From positions 201,748,001 to 201,812,000 of the forward strand of contig NC_042997.1 in assembly GCF_006345805.1 (NCBI RefSeq): a stretch of DNA of 64,000 nucleotides. Direction: 5' to 3'. This document shows positions 1 to 11,404 of the stretch, piece after piece. The position numbers and the translations under genes are program-made. Source of the stretch: Octopus sinensis (lineage: Eukaryota). The first letter of the stretch is position 1, and the number at the start of each line of letters is the position of its first letter. The notes beneath the pieces are model-generated. The model worked only from the letters and a program-made list of their open reading frames with translations. It was not told where the DNA came from and did no database searches.

Positions 1-474
1 TGATTAATTAAATAGCATTGACTAATTGAAATTATCGTTCGTCGGTATTCTGAATGTACGAAGACATATAAAAAAAAAACCAGACGTAAAAAAGTGACAT
101 CACTCGAAAAAACACAGGAAACTTTCTATGATTTGTTTAATGTGCTTTTTTCTTCGTTGTTTTATTTGTATAATAAAACTTGGTAATTTTTTCCCCTACA
201 TTCGTGTAGAGCTATTATATAAATTGTATTGATAATGTGCAACAAAGACATATATTGTCAGTTAAATAAGCAACTTAAAATACTATTTGTTTAATTGTTT
301 CGACTCATTTTTGTTGTATTTGTCTTTCATCGTGGCTTTTCCACTCCGTTCAAATAAATATGCTAGCGCTTTGTTTATAATATTTACAAGATATTTTAGG
401 GCGATAAGGTATGCCGCAAATTCTACTTTAGGATAACGTGCAAACTATACCTATATCTATGTACACGTATATGG

Positions 475-706
475 AAGGCGGCGATTTGGCAGAAACGTTA
501 GCATGCCGGGCGAAATACTCAGCGGTATTTCGTCTGCCGTTACGTTCTGAGTTCAAATTCCGCCGAGGTCGACTTTGCCTTTCATCATTTCGGGGTCGAT
601 AAATAAAGTACCAGTTTCGCACTGGGGTCGATGTAATCGACTTAATCCCTTTGTCTGTCCTTGTTTGTCCCCTCTATGTTTAGCCCCTTGTGGGCAATAC
701 TGAAAT
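475..706 (+). mobile_element. tRNA-derived SINE, family S2, full length
   Basis: A-box-like TGGCAGAAACGT and B-box-like GAGTTCAAATTC; more than 15 related copies in the window; 23-bp direct repeat tatatctatgta(c/t)acgtatatgg at 452-474 and 710-732 (probable TSD). Confidence 0.9.
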
Positions 707-989
707 ATATATATCTATGTATACGTATATGGCATACCTACACCGACTTTGTTTCCTCAAAAACCCAGAAAAATGGATATTTTTAATGACATTTTTTACA
801 CATATAGATGATGTAGATTACCATTATGTCGGAATTTAATATGAGAAAAAAACCCAGAAAACTGATGGCCTCGCACACATACATACTGACACACATCTCG
901 AAGTTTTGTTTCGAAATTTCATGTTTCATTTTGCAATATGTGTCAGTACGTATGTGTGCCAGGCCATCAGTTTCTTTCTTCTTTTTTTT

Positions 990-1245
990 TTTTCGTATTA
1001 AATTCCGATATAATCATAATCTACACCACCTGAAATGTATGTAGAGAAAATTTCATTAAAATTTCCATTTTTGGAAAGTTGTGAGGACACAAAACCAATA
1101 AATTTTCCGAAACTCCTCTCCCCATCCCCGGAAAAACATTTTCACTGCAAATTCCGATATAATCGGAACTTACACATTCTGAAGAAAATTTGTAGAAAAT
1201 TACATTAAAAAATATCCATTCCTCAGGAAGTTATGAGGGAACAAA
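990..1245. repeat. Two degenerate ~90-bp units (aaattccgatataatc...aaaatttcattaaaa), third copy near 3055-3150; possibly non-autonomous Helitron-like core repeats
   Basis: Internal similarity seen by eye; resembles the aaatttcattaaaatcgg units inside the element at 49368-50236. Confidence 0.4.
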
Positions 1246-1786
1246 TTTGGGGTGGTAGCACACTTGTGAAAATATGCCTATCTGTATAAAAAACGCTCGC
1301 TGCCTGCGATGTGTACGTCAGTCACAATCCCCCTTCGTGTCCTGTTATCTTTTACACCTGTTTCACGAAACGGCTGTAACAGTCAAAATTTACCGGAAAA
1401 GAGCATGGAATAAATGCGAGGGCAAAAATGTTAACATTCATAATTTTGATGACAAAAAATTCTTTAACAGAAGGAAACGACCATCTAATTCTTTGCCCCT
1501 CCATGAGGTAGTGATAGCTGTTCCGAAAGTCTGCCGATCAGAGTTTGAAGATGTGTGTAACTGTAGAATATTACCTAGCTCCTTCTTTGAATATAGTTTA
1601 CAAGGGCATGACAATGTGGTTAAGAAGCGCCACGCAACTTCCTAGTTATGGGTCTGATCGCAAAGTGCGGCACCTTAGTTTTTTTTCCTAAATTTAAGTT
1701 GACTAATGTCATGTGAGTGGAATTTCGTTGATGAAAACTACATAAATCCAGTGTTGTATGAATGACTCTAATGGGATTCAAGGTAC

Positions 1787-1810
1787 GAGAAAGAAAGAAA
1801 GAACGAACGA

Positions 1811-1850
<40 letters not shown>

Positions 1851-2248
1851 GGAAAAGAAAGAAAGAAAGAAAGGAAGGAAGGAAGGAAGGAAGGAAGGAA
1901 GGAAGGAAGGAAGGAAGGAAGGAAGGAATGAAGGAAGGAAGGAAGGAAGGGAGGGAGGGAAGGAAGGAAGGAAGGAAGGAAGGAAGGAAGAACGGGAGAA
2001 AGAAAGAACGAAAGAAAGGAAGGAAGAAAGAAAGAAAGAAGGAAAGGGAGAAAGAAAAAGAAAGGAAGAAAGGAAGGAAGGCATGAAAGAAGGACGGGAG
2101 AAAGAAAGAAAGAAAAAACGAAAGAAAGAAAGAAAGGAAGAAAGAACTAAAGAAAGGAAGGAAGACAGGAAGAAAGAAAGGAAGGAAGGAATGAAAGAAG
2201 GACGGGAGAAAGAAAGAAAGAAAGAAAGAAAGAGAAAAAGAAAGAAAT
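1787..2248 (+). repeat. Polypurine compound microsatellite (GAAA)n/(GGAA)n
   Basis: Directly visible; explains the low-complexity ORFs 1620-2084 and 1762-2268. Confidence 0.97.
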
Positions 2249-2508
2249 TACACGACAGAACAGATTAGCAATGGCACCAAATAAATCCATATTACTCTAC
2301 TTTCGATACTATAGAATATTTATTATCTCATGTAGAACACATCATAGTCCGAGAACAATAGCATCTTATGCATACAAACATAGAAATTATGTATATCCAC
2401 AGCTCAAAATTTCCAATTTGGATGACGTGTCAGGCACATGATCTTTTAAAAGCCGTACCTTGAATTTTGGCAGGAGTTTCCTTGAACCGCCATTGGTAAA
2501 TGTTTCAC

Positions 2509-2540
2509 TATTACATCCGTCTCGTGAGACGGATGTAATA
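2509..2540. repeat. Perfect 15-bp inverted repeat with 2-nt spacer
   Basis: TATTACATCCGTCTC-gt-GAGACGGATGTAATA. Confidence 0.95.
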
Positions 2541-2626
2541 TCTGATTGTACATACATACCTACACACAATTTCAAGTTTCGTTTTCTAGATATATATGTG
2601 TGTGTTTACGTCAGTATGTATGTGTG

Positions 2627-3010
2627 TTGAGGCGCAATGGCCCAGTGGTTAGGGCAGCGGACTCGCGGTCATAGGATCGCGGTTTCGATTCTCAGACCGG
2701 GCGTTGTGAGTGTTTATTGAGCGAAAACACCTAAAGCTCCACGAAGCTCCGGCAGGGGATGGTGGTGATCCCTGCTGTACTCTTTCATCACAACTTACTC
2801 TCACTCTTACTTCCTGTTTCTGTTGTACCAGTATTTCAAAGGGCCGGCCTTGTCACTCTCTGTGTCACGCTGAATATCCCCGAGAACTACGTTAAGGGTA
2901 CACGTGTCTGTGGAGTGCTCAGCCACTTACACGTTAATTTCACGAGCAGGCTGTTCCGTTGATTCGGATCAACCGGAACCCTCATCGTCGTAACCGACGG
3001 AGTGCTTCCA
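2627..3010 (+). mobile_element. tRNA-derived SINE, family S4, with Nin/Deu-domain-like body
   Basis: Head TGGCCCAGTGG...GTTTCGATTC; body cagccacttacacgttaatttcacgagcaggctg; related copies at 35818-36120 (-) and 23490-23650 (-). Domain name assigned from memory. Confidence 0.8.
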
Positions 3011-3243
3011 TCCATGTGTGTGTGCGAACCCGCCAGTTTCTCTTCTTGTTTTTAACAACAAATCCTATATAATCCTAATCTATACCATCTGGAAAGTATT
3101 TGTTGAAAAGTTCATTATAAAATATCAATTTTTCTCAAAGTCATGAGTGCACACAGCCGACGTGGTACATTTGTGTAAGTATGCAAAACACATACACAAC
3201 ACACATACGTACATACATGTGTTATACATGTATATACATACAA

Positions 3244-3247
<4 letters not shown>

Positions 3248-3297
<50 letters not shown>

Positions 3298-3404
3298 ATC
3301 ACGTGACCGACCAGACCATCAAATGTTGCTACACATCGCTGGTCACAATGCGTTCGCATTGTTTTAGCCTTCGAACGACGCCACCCCGCTGGCTAAGCGA
3401 GCAG

Positions 3405-3446
<42 letters not shown>

Positions 3447-3467
3447 TATATATATATATATATATAT
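3248..3467. repeat. (TA)n tract interrupted by a ~118-bp GC-richer insert (3291-3408)
   Basis: Insert tcacgtgatcacgtgacc...gagcaggcca; partial copy at 18485-18518, also followed by TA. Confidence 0.8.
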
Positions 3468-4194
3468 TAGCATTCGTATTCGTATAGAAATTATCTAGTG
3501 TGACAAAACCTATGATTTCTTTCGGTGCGTGTATTTTTAAGCATCGTAGATTACGATCTCTCGGAAAAGAAAAATATCGCTGTTGAACTTTAATCAAAAC
3601 TGAAAAAAATTCGGAAAGCTGAAGGAGTGAGGCGGGGGACAAAAATTGCCATATCAGCCAGTTTTTACCTTACGTTATTTTATTTCATTTTTTGCATTAT
3701 AATAATCCACAATGCTTTAAAAAAAATGCAACGCAATCTGAAGAAAATTTGATTTACAGCGTTCTACATAATTTGCAATTCTTATAAGAACGCTCGTATG
3801 TGTGTGTGTGGGGGGATGTTTAACGATCCTCCGTTCGCGATAATTTAACGATTCGATAGAAAGAGATCAATACAATAAGTACTTAGTTCGCTGTTATCGA
3901 CTAGAATACTTGAAGGTGATGCCCCAGTGACCGATGCTAATTAAGAATGTAAAAGAAAACATTTAATCTCGTTATGAAATTAGGCCACAACTAGACCAAT
4001 AAGGTTTTCCATCAGCTTGGGATAGTATTTGAACTGTCTCATCAAGATCCTTTCTCAGAAACTTTCCAGAATTAGAAAATAAATTTGTTAATAAAAATAT
4101 GAATAAGTTAAAGACTATCGTTGCTCTTCCTAAGGCCTCGATAAGTTTGAAATTCCCCAAAGGCATAGAATATTATCGTTGAAAGTTGGAATTT

Positions 4195-4385
4195 ACAAAA
4201 TAAAAATACGAAGACGGGTGTGTAAACAATAAACAGATGTTTTAGTTTAGCGCTCGGGAAGTAAGAAAGTCTTTTTACGTTTCGAGCCTACGCTCTTCAA
4301 CAGAAAGGAACTCAGAAATAAGCGGAGAGAGAAAATTAAAAAAAGGCTTAGTGGCTAGTGATCAATTATGGCGAATGAATATTAT
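4195..4385 (-). mobile_element. Short PLE-like element carrying a hammerhead motif
   Basis: Contains the hammerhead-like core at 4270-4309; boundaries approximate. Confidence 0.55.
4270..4309 (-). ncRNA. Minimal type I hammerhead ribozyme-like motif (core variant CUGUUGA)
   Basis: Minus strand UCCUUU-CUGUUGA-A-GAGC-GUAG-GCUC-GAAA-CG-UA-AAAAGA: 4-bp stem II, stem I with one mismatch, palindromic ACGU at stem III. Confidence 0.65.
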
Positions 4386-4429
4386 CATTTGATAGAAGAT
4401 AGAACTGGCCACATCACGACCGACTGATG

Positions 4430-4732
4430 GCATATATATGAAATTTTGAATTTAGTTCACGGATTAATGGTTTTTCTAACGGACCCCCTTTTAATATACT
4501 TATCCTAGTCACCCCGCAAAGCCATTAAAAAATCAATAGAAGTGACTTTTTTGTGAATCTTCTATCTAAAACCCAATCAAAATGCCCAAAACTTGATACG
4601 CCAATTGACTGCCAGCTAGCTGTATGTGATTGGTCGGAGATTTGGACAGTACTCGCGTGTATGTGCGCACGCACGCAGCTGTATATGCATGCACCAGCAG
4701 CATGACCCGGCGTTGCCGGGTTATAGTGCTAG
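4430..4732 (+). mobile_element. Non-autonomous Helitron, 3' end clear
   Basis: Hairpin ACCCGGC-gtt-GCCGGGT (4705-4721) 7 nt upstream of CTAG|T (4729-4732), the canonical Helitron 3' terminus; 5' TC end not identified. Confidence 0.7.
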
Positions 4733-5061
4733 TAAATAATAAAAGAGAGAAGAATTTCAATAGAGTGTACGCTACACTGTAAAGGAGCCGGAATTTATCT
4801 TCCCCGGGTCGTCGCCAACAATACCAGGGTTGGATGCCAGCACGACACATCAGTAAGTCATAAATGCAATAAAGTATAAATATGAAATATGTAGCATACG
4901 ATTATCACCGTCTGCAATAATCTGCATAACTCAATTATTTCTCATCGGTAGTGGTGATGGTGATGGTGTTGTGAGAATGGAAAGCTGGCAGACAAAGTGC
5001 CAGGTTTAATAAAAAATATATATATATTAAGATGGTTTTTAAACTTTTTAACCTTGTCCAG

Positions 5062-5073
5062 CGCCATGGTGAA
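5062..5073 (+). other. Candidate 12-nt first coding micro-exon (ATG GTG AA)
   Basis: tttttaaccttgtccAG|cgccATGGtgaa|GTAAGT; good Kozak context; upstream donor GTAAGT at 4853; no recognisable protein downstream. Confidence 0.3.
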
Positions 5074-5553
5074 GTAAGTAGAATTATATGAATGCAAAAT
5101 GTGTTTTGTTTTCTCGTTAATAAAGATAACGAGGAATAAAATATTCCATTTGTATTTGTGACTGGCAGGCAGGCGGACAGGTAGCTAGCAGAAATTTGTC
5201 AGTTTGAGAATCACTGGCAAAGCTCACAACAAATCATCGACCGATTCGGGGATTTTTATCTCTGAGTCTGGCTTCTTGCATCTCTCAGCCACGGGGCCCA
5301 CTATGTTCGGGATGGGAAACCTTGTCCCCCACGGGTCAATTTACGCTCATAAACTTGAAAGTAAAACCATTTGGATATCATGGTTTCTAATTCAGACACA
5401 AGTCTAGTAATTTTGAGGGGCGGGGAGCTTTATTCGTACCCCTGTACTTGACTGCTAATTTATTTTAACGACTTCCGATGGACGAAAGACAGTTAATTTC
5501 GATAGGAGCTGAAAACAGAACGTAAAGAACCATAAGAGTATTACTTTTTTCTG

Positions 5554-5712
5554 CGCAGGAGTGGCTGTGTGGTAAGTAGCTTGCTTACGAACCACATGGT
5601 TCCGGGTTCAGTCCCACTGCGTGGCACCTTGGGCAGGTGTCTTCTACTATAGCCTCGGGCCGACCAAAGCCTTGTGAGTGGATTTGGTAGAAGGAAACTG
5701 AAAGAAGCCCGT

Positions 5713-5771
<59 letters not shown>

Positions 5772-5992
5772 TTGTATGTGTTTGTGTGCCTGTGTTTGTC
5801 CCCCCAACATCGCTTGACAGCCGATGCTGGTGTGTTTACGTCTCCGTAACTTAGCGGTTCGGCAAAACAGACCGATAGAATAAATACTAGGCTTTCAAAG
5901 AATAAGTACTGGGGTCGATTTGCTCGACTAAAGGCGGTGCTCCAGCATGGCCACAGTCAAATGACTGAAACAAGTAAAGGAGTAAAAGAGTA
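5554..5992 (+). mobile_element. tRNA-derived CORE-like SINE, family S1, full length with internal (TA)n
   Basis: Head GGCTGTGTGGTAAG...GGGTTCAGTCCC; CORE-like ccttgggcaggtgtcttc; tail gaaacaagtaaa; more than 20 related copies or fragments in the window. Confidence 0.9.
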
Positions 5993-7844
5993 ACCAAAAC
6001 AAATCCAAATCGTAACCACAGCCCAAAAACATGTACATATCTACGAATTCGTCCTCACGGATTCTTATATATGTGCAATGCCTTTACCAACATGCTACTG
6101 CTTAGCGTGCAGGAAATAGCAACCAAACCTGTATTAAATCAAACTCCACAGTCTTAAACAGAGGGAAACGCACAATAGAGAAAGTTCTAGATACACTCAG
6201 TTTGAATAAGGGACATAATAATTGTGGTTGAGCCGTCTTTGGCCATAGATCTGCAGAATCAGGGCTCACTTGGGACTAAACAGCGAACGAGTGGTGTAAC
6301 AACACAATTGTCATTATTTGTTGTTATATAACCCCAATGAACTCTAATCAAACAGACTTATGATAAAAGCGTTCCTGCTGTAACCACCTCTTCTCATTTT
6401 CAGCTAATGTATCCAGGACACCATTATTTTATGTGTCATTCTTTTCTTGAAGATGTTAAGACGCAGTTTAAAGGGAATTTGGCTGCTATTTCTAATTGGC
6501 GAAGTAATCAAGTATGAGTCCGATCGGTAATTGTTGTTTAGCGCCACGTTCTGATCATAAGCCTTTTGGACTTTAGCGTACCCCTAGTTCCTAATACTAA
6601 TTTCTATTATTGGACGCCACAAACAAGGTTTTAGGAAAATTTCCAATTAAGAAGCCATCTCTCCGACCCTGTTTTCTTGACTACCTACATATGATAGGAT
6701 TCCCTTATCCTAAGAGAATTTGCAGTATATGTTTAACAAAATTACGAATTCAGAATTAGACAAATATGTTAATCCAAATTGCATTCCGTTATATTGTTAG
6801 CCTATATGATAAATAAAAAAAACAAGGTGGGCCGGTTGAATCGCGTGAGCATCAGAAAAAATACTTTGCTATATTTGTTCAAATCCAATGTAAAAGCTTT
6901 GCTTTTCATCTCTTCGGGGTCGATAAAATAAAACAACAGTCAAATCCTGGCGTCGATGGTATCGAACATTCTCCCTTCATTAAAATCAAAAACCCATTCG
7001 CATAACCTTTCGTGTAGCCCACGGGATCAAGGAAACTCTGGTTCAGGAACTCTAGATTAGATCTTTGGTAGAATCTATGGAAGTGAGTGCCAACATCCCA
7101 AATAACAACTTTAGATGTCTTTCCTGTGTATTCAAATCTCACACACACTGACTTTGTTTGTCATGGCTTTATTCGTCAACTTTCTGTCGCCATTAAAGCA
7201 GTCTTATTTGGACTGCATCTCACTTCATTTCACGTTGTGCTAACTTAATTTCCTTTCGTTCTGAGATCGATAACCTAAGGATCAATAAGAATCTGAGGTC
7301 GATTCAATCTTCTGTCGTAATTCCATTTGCATTTATGTGCCTTATGCCTTCTGTTCACTATTCAAATTAATTCCCTAGTTACTAATACTGGCGCCTTTAT
7401 GTCGGTAATCGATTTATTAGAAATGCATGCCAAATCTCCCCCAAATCACACCCTACCGACTTAATAAGAAGACATTTCGGATAATCTAAATGTAATCTTT
7501 AAAAAAAAAGGCAGCAGGATTAACACGGCTATCTAATGTGACGCTTCTTTTTTTTTTAAAGATTTCATGAAATTTGGCTATTATTTCTAGCATGTTGTGA
7601 CCACGTAGTTTCCCTCGTTGACTCGAATTGTGTGTGTTCTGTTTTTTAAAGTAAATCTTGGGAGTGTGATTTCTAATCTCGCAAGGTTGAGAATAAGCAA
7701 AAGAAATTATTATTGTTCATCAATCATCACCTGCATCATCCATCAATTCCCATTTTTTTTTCGTTATTGATGCATCACATAGACATTTTAGATACGCCAC
7801 CTATAACATCTATCTTGTATCTAGCTCCCAAATAATATACGTTA

Positions 7845-8448
7845 ACAAGGCAGCGAGCTGGCAGAAACGTTAGCACGCCGGGCGAAATGCTTAGCGGTAT
7901 TTCGTCTGCCGTTACGTCTGAGTTCAAATTCCGCCGAGGTTGACTTTGCCTTTCATCCTTTCGGGGTCGATAAATTAAGTACCAGTTACGCACTGGGGAC
8001 GATGTAATCGACTTAATACCTATGTCTGTCCTTGTTTGTCCCCTCTGTGTTTAGCCCCTTGTGGGTAATAAAGAAATAGGTATTCGTCAACCGTTACGTT
8101 TTGAGTTCAAATTCCGCCGAGGTTGACTTTGCCTTTCATCCTTTCGGGGTCGATAAATTAAGCACCAGTTACGCACTGGGGTCGATATAATCGACTTAAT
8201 CCGTTTGTCTGTCCTCGTTTGTCCACTCTGTGTGTAGCCGCGTGAGGGTAATAAAGAAATAGGTATTTCGTCAACCGTTACGTTTTGAGTTCAAATTCCG
8301 CCGAGGTTGACTTTGCCTTTCATCCTTTCGGGGTCGATAAATTAAGTACCAGTTACGCACTGAGGTCGATGTAATCGACTTAATCCGTTTGTCTGTCCTT
8401 ATTTGTCCTCTCTGTCTTTAGCCTCTTGTGGGTAGTAGAGAAAAAAAA
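7845..8448 (+). mobile_element. Head-to-tail trimer of SINE S2
   Basis: Full unit followed by two 5'-truncated units restarting at ggtattt(c)gtc right after aaagaaata. Confidence 0.9.
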
Positions 8449-9459
8449 TAAATAAACGTTAACATCTTCTCTCCATCCAACATATTTGAATAATTAACGA
8501 AACCGATTTCCGGTTCCCACCCATAATTTTTCCTTTTCAAATTGGCGCCATTGGCCTCTATATTTCAGCTGATTATCATTTTGATCCTCTTTTGACTGTG
8601 AACACCAAGCTTTAAACGAGACTAATTTACCTCAGTGAATTCTTGCTTACAATCCTTAAACACAGTTACCATTCACGCGTTGAAGAGTAAGTATTTCCGA
8701 ATATTATTAAAGGTATTATCATCTGGCAATGCTGCTCAGTCAGGCTGCTGAATTAAATCACCATTATTGGGTGATTTATATTTTTATATATTATTTCTCC
8801 TGAAATAGCACAGATGCTTAATGAAACAGGCTTCCTTGTCTAGTCGTTATCATCCCAACTGAATCGATGTTCAACGAAACCAGTCCTTCTGCGAGTAGAC
8901 TAATGCTTTATTGATTATCCTCGGCTTTAATTCCATAACATATCTATGTTCGGTTATGTATAAAATTATTGGAATGTGTATATATAACACTTGAAAGCCC
9001 TCCTCCTACTAAACCACCAAATAGTCCGTCTTCTATGAATGGCTAAACCTCGTACACAATCACATTGTACGCACACACGGTTATATATAATACATAATGT
9101 ATTGATTAACGATTACATGTGTAAGCATTTCATTAATATCTAATCCACACTTTTGGATGCTACTTGAGAGAATTTCGCCATGCTCTTTTCGTTTAAGTAT
9201 GGAGAGAAAAATAGAAACGGTGAAGATTTCAGTAACAGACAAATCGAATTTCAGAACGATTTTTTCAATTGTCATTGACTTCTCACTTGTACTACATTGT
9301 CAGACACAGACACGTATGGGTTGTGTGAGTTCAATATCTCGCATATACATGCTGTGTGAGTTAAAACAGTTGTGTATCTCTGTGTGTATGTGTGTAAGAT
9401 TTGTAACATACACACAGGGTGAATGAAAAAAACACCGACTCAAATACACACGTGTATTT

Positions 9460-10580
9460 GTCTGAGCTAAACACACCTGTGTAATCTTACATGTATATAT
9501 ATGGGTGAAGGTTAATTACAGCACACATCAGTTTTATTAAAAACACATTCATAATATATATATACAAGCTAGATATGACACATATATATATATATATATG
9601 TATGTATATATATTATATATTGATCGTTCATTTTATACTTTTTGAGATCTAGTTATAAGTTATATGTTTTATAAAAATATATTTAAAAAATATATATTAT
9701 TTGTTATACTGTTTGAGTTGCATAATAGTGGTTTTATCTCTAATTTATATGTATATATATATATTTATATATATATGTGTGTGTGTGTTTATATATATGT
9801 GTATATATATGTGTGTGTGTGTTTATATATATGTGTATATATATGTGTGTGTTTGTGTTTATATATATGTGTATATATATATGTGTGTGTGTGTTTATAT
9901 ATATGTGTATATATATATGTGTGTGTGTGTTTATATATATGTGTGTATATATGTGTGTGTATATATATGTGTGTGTGTATATATATATGTGTGTGTAAAT
10001 ATATATGTGTGTATATATATTATGTATGTGTGTGTGTGTTGATTACAACACACATAAGTTAAATATAAGACTTAGTTGTATGTAAATTATCAAAAAAATT
10101 ATAAAGCTGAATATAACATGTATGTGTGTACACAAACTAAATGAGTAAACATTTAAACTGTCATTCAAGGTAAATATAACACATACACGTATGTATAAGC
10201 TCAATATGCACACACTCTAAATATAATACCTGACCTGTATGCTAAATATGATACACAAATGAAATATGACACGTTTCGTTTTTGGATTTGGTTTGCAATA
10301 TTCTTTATATGACTTCATGTGTTGAAGCATATTCTGTTGTGTCTGGGGAGAGTCAAGACTATTGAAAAGGTTGCAAGACGCAAAGAAAATTTTAGGAAAA
10401 TAAAAATAAGAAATAAGTGGAAATTTTACCGGTGAGTGTTACATTATAAGGCACAAAAAGAAAATAACTCTCCCCAGACACAACAGAATATGACACATTT
10501 TAGCTCAATAATACACACTTACATACAAGCCCAATATAATACATACACAGGTGTGTATTAGCTAAATATTACACACACAC
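9460..10580 (+). repeat. Degenerate minisatellite field (agctaaatatgacaca-like motif) with compound (TA)/(TG) tract at 9745-10040
   Basis: About 10 diverged motif copies, e.g. aagctagatatgacac, aagctgaatataac, tgctaaatatgatacac, tagctaaatattacac. Confidence 0.7.
10263..10496. mobile_element. Fold-back retroposon fragment, family B (PLE-like inverted junction)
   Basis: atattctgttgtgtctggggagagt is inverted with actctccccagacacaacagaatat; direct repeat aatatgacac at 10263-10272 and 10487-10496; same family at 32949-33196. Confidence 0.65.
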
Positions 10581-11164
10581 ACAGACAGCGTGTGTAATTC
10601 ATTATACTAAAAGGTCATTATTTTGAAAAGGTGTCCCACCATTAATGTTTGTACAGCAATGGAAATTGGGTGGAGCTGTTCTACTTTAGCTGGAGCAATT
10701 CTCAACAATTGAGAATTCGTTTTATTTAATGAAGTTCAATTATTTCCATCTTAATGCCGTATTTAAGATAGTTTTGCTGATTAGCATGAGGCTGCCTTGT
10801 TAATTAGAGATAGTAGCAATAAGAAATGAGTGAACTGCGACATTAATACTTAGTCACTGATGTTAATAGATGCTGGGTGTTTCAAAGTAGTCATTTGAAA
10901 TAGTTTAAGTGATGCGGCTACCATTAGTAGGAGTTATGTTGTAAGTTATTAGCAATTATTCACTTTTACTCATACAACTGCCGAGATACAATAATAGCTA
11001 CAAAATTAATTTTCGAAATAAAAAGTTTAACATTTCAATGACTGTATCAACTGGATGTGAAAATTGTTTCCTCAAATGGAGTTTTGGTTTTGAGAATTGC
11101 ATTGTCAGATAAATTCGCTCGTTCCCACCATCACCCCCCATCATTTATTTTCATCCTCCCCAAT

Positions 11165-11404
11165 GTTATTTGGGCGAAGGTAAAGAATATTTACACCCGG
11201 TAGTTAGGGTTTAGGGTTAGTATTTGGGTTAGGGTTTTTGTGACGCTGAACATGGGTGGTGTACGCATTCTTTATCTCCGCCATTATTCGAATTAGCACG
11301 AAAACTTGGCGGAGGTAAAGATTACGTACACCACCAATATTCGGCAAAACAAAATCCCTAACCCTAAACACCTGCTGTGTGTATTCTTTACTTTCGCCAA
11401 AATA
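11165..11404. mobile_element. Fold-back MITE with TTAGGG-like repeats in its arms
   Basis: Outer IR ttgggcgaaggtaaagaata / tattctttactttcgccaa; (T)TTAGGG vs CCCTAA tracts; inner IR ggtggtgtacg..ctccgcca / tggcggag..cgtacaccacc. Confidence 0.8.

Noticed and set aside
1620-2268. Long ORFs (154 and 168 aa)
   Set aside because: Translations of the GAAA/GGAA microsatellite
2627-2700. tRNA gene-like sequence
   Set aside because: No acceptor stem, and it continues into a SINE body; the same applies to the S1, S2, S5 and H heads
7845-8448. CRISPR-like repeat array
   Set aside because: Units are ~185-bp SINE copies with no unique spacers; eukaryotic context with no cas genes
8570-8690. Acceptor/donor-flanked segment as exon following the ATG micro-exon
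   Set aside because: Stops in all three frames; joining gives an immediate TGA
9664-10062. Cys/Val/Tyr/Ile-rich ORFs
   Set aside because: Translations of the TA/TG repeat
10355-10396. Family B motif as a bona fide hammerhead
   Set aside because: The core has G5A and A6U changes and no stem I pairing is visible; kept only as a speculative note
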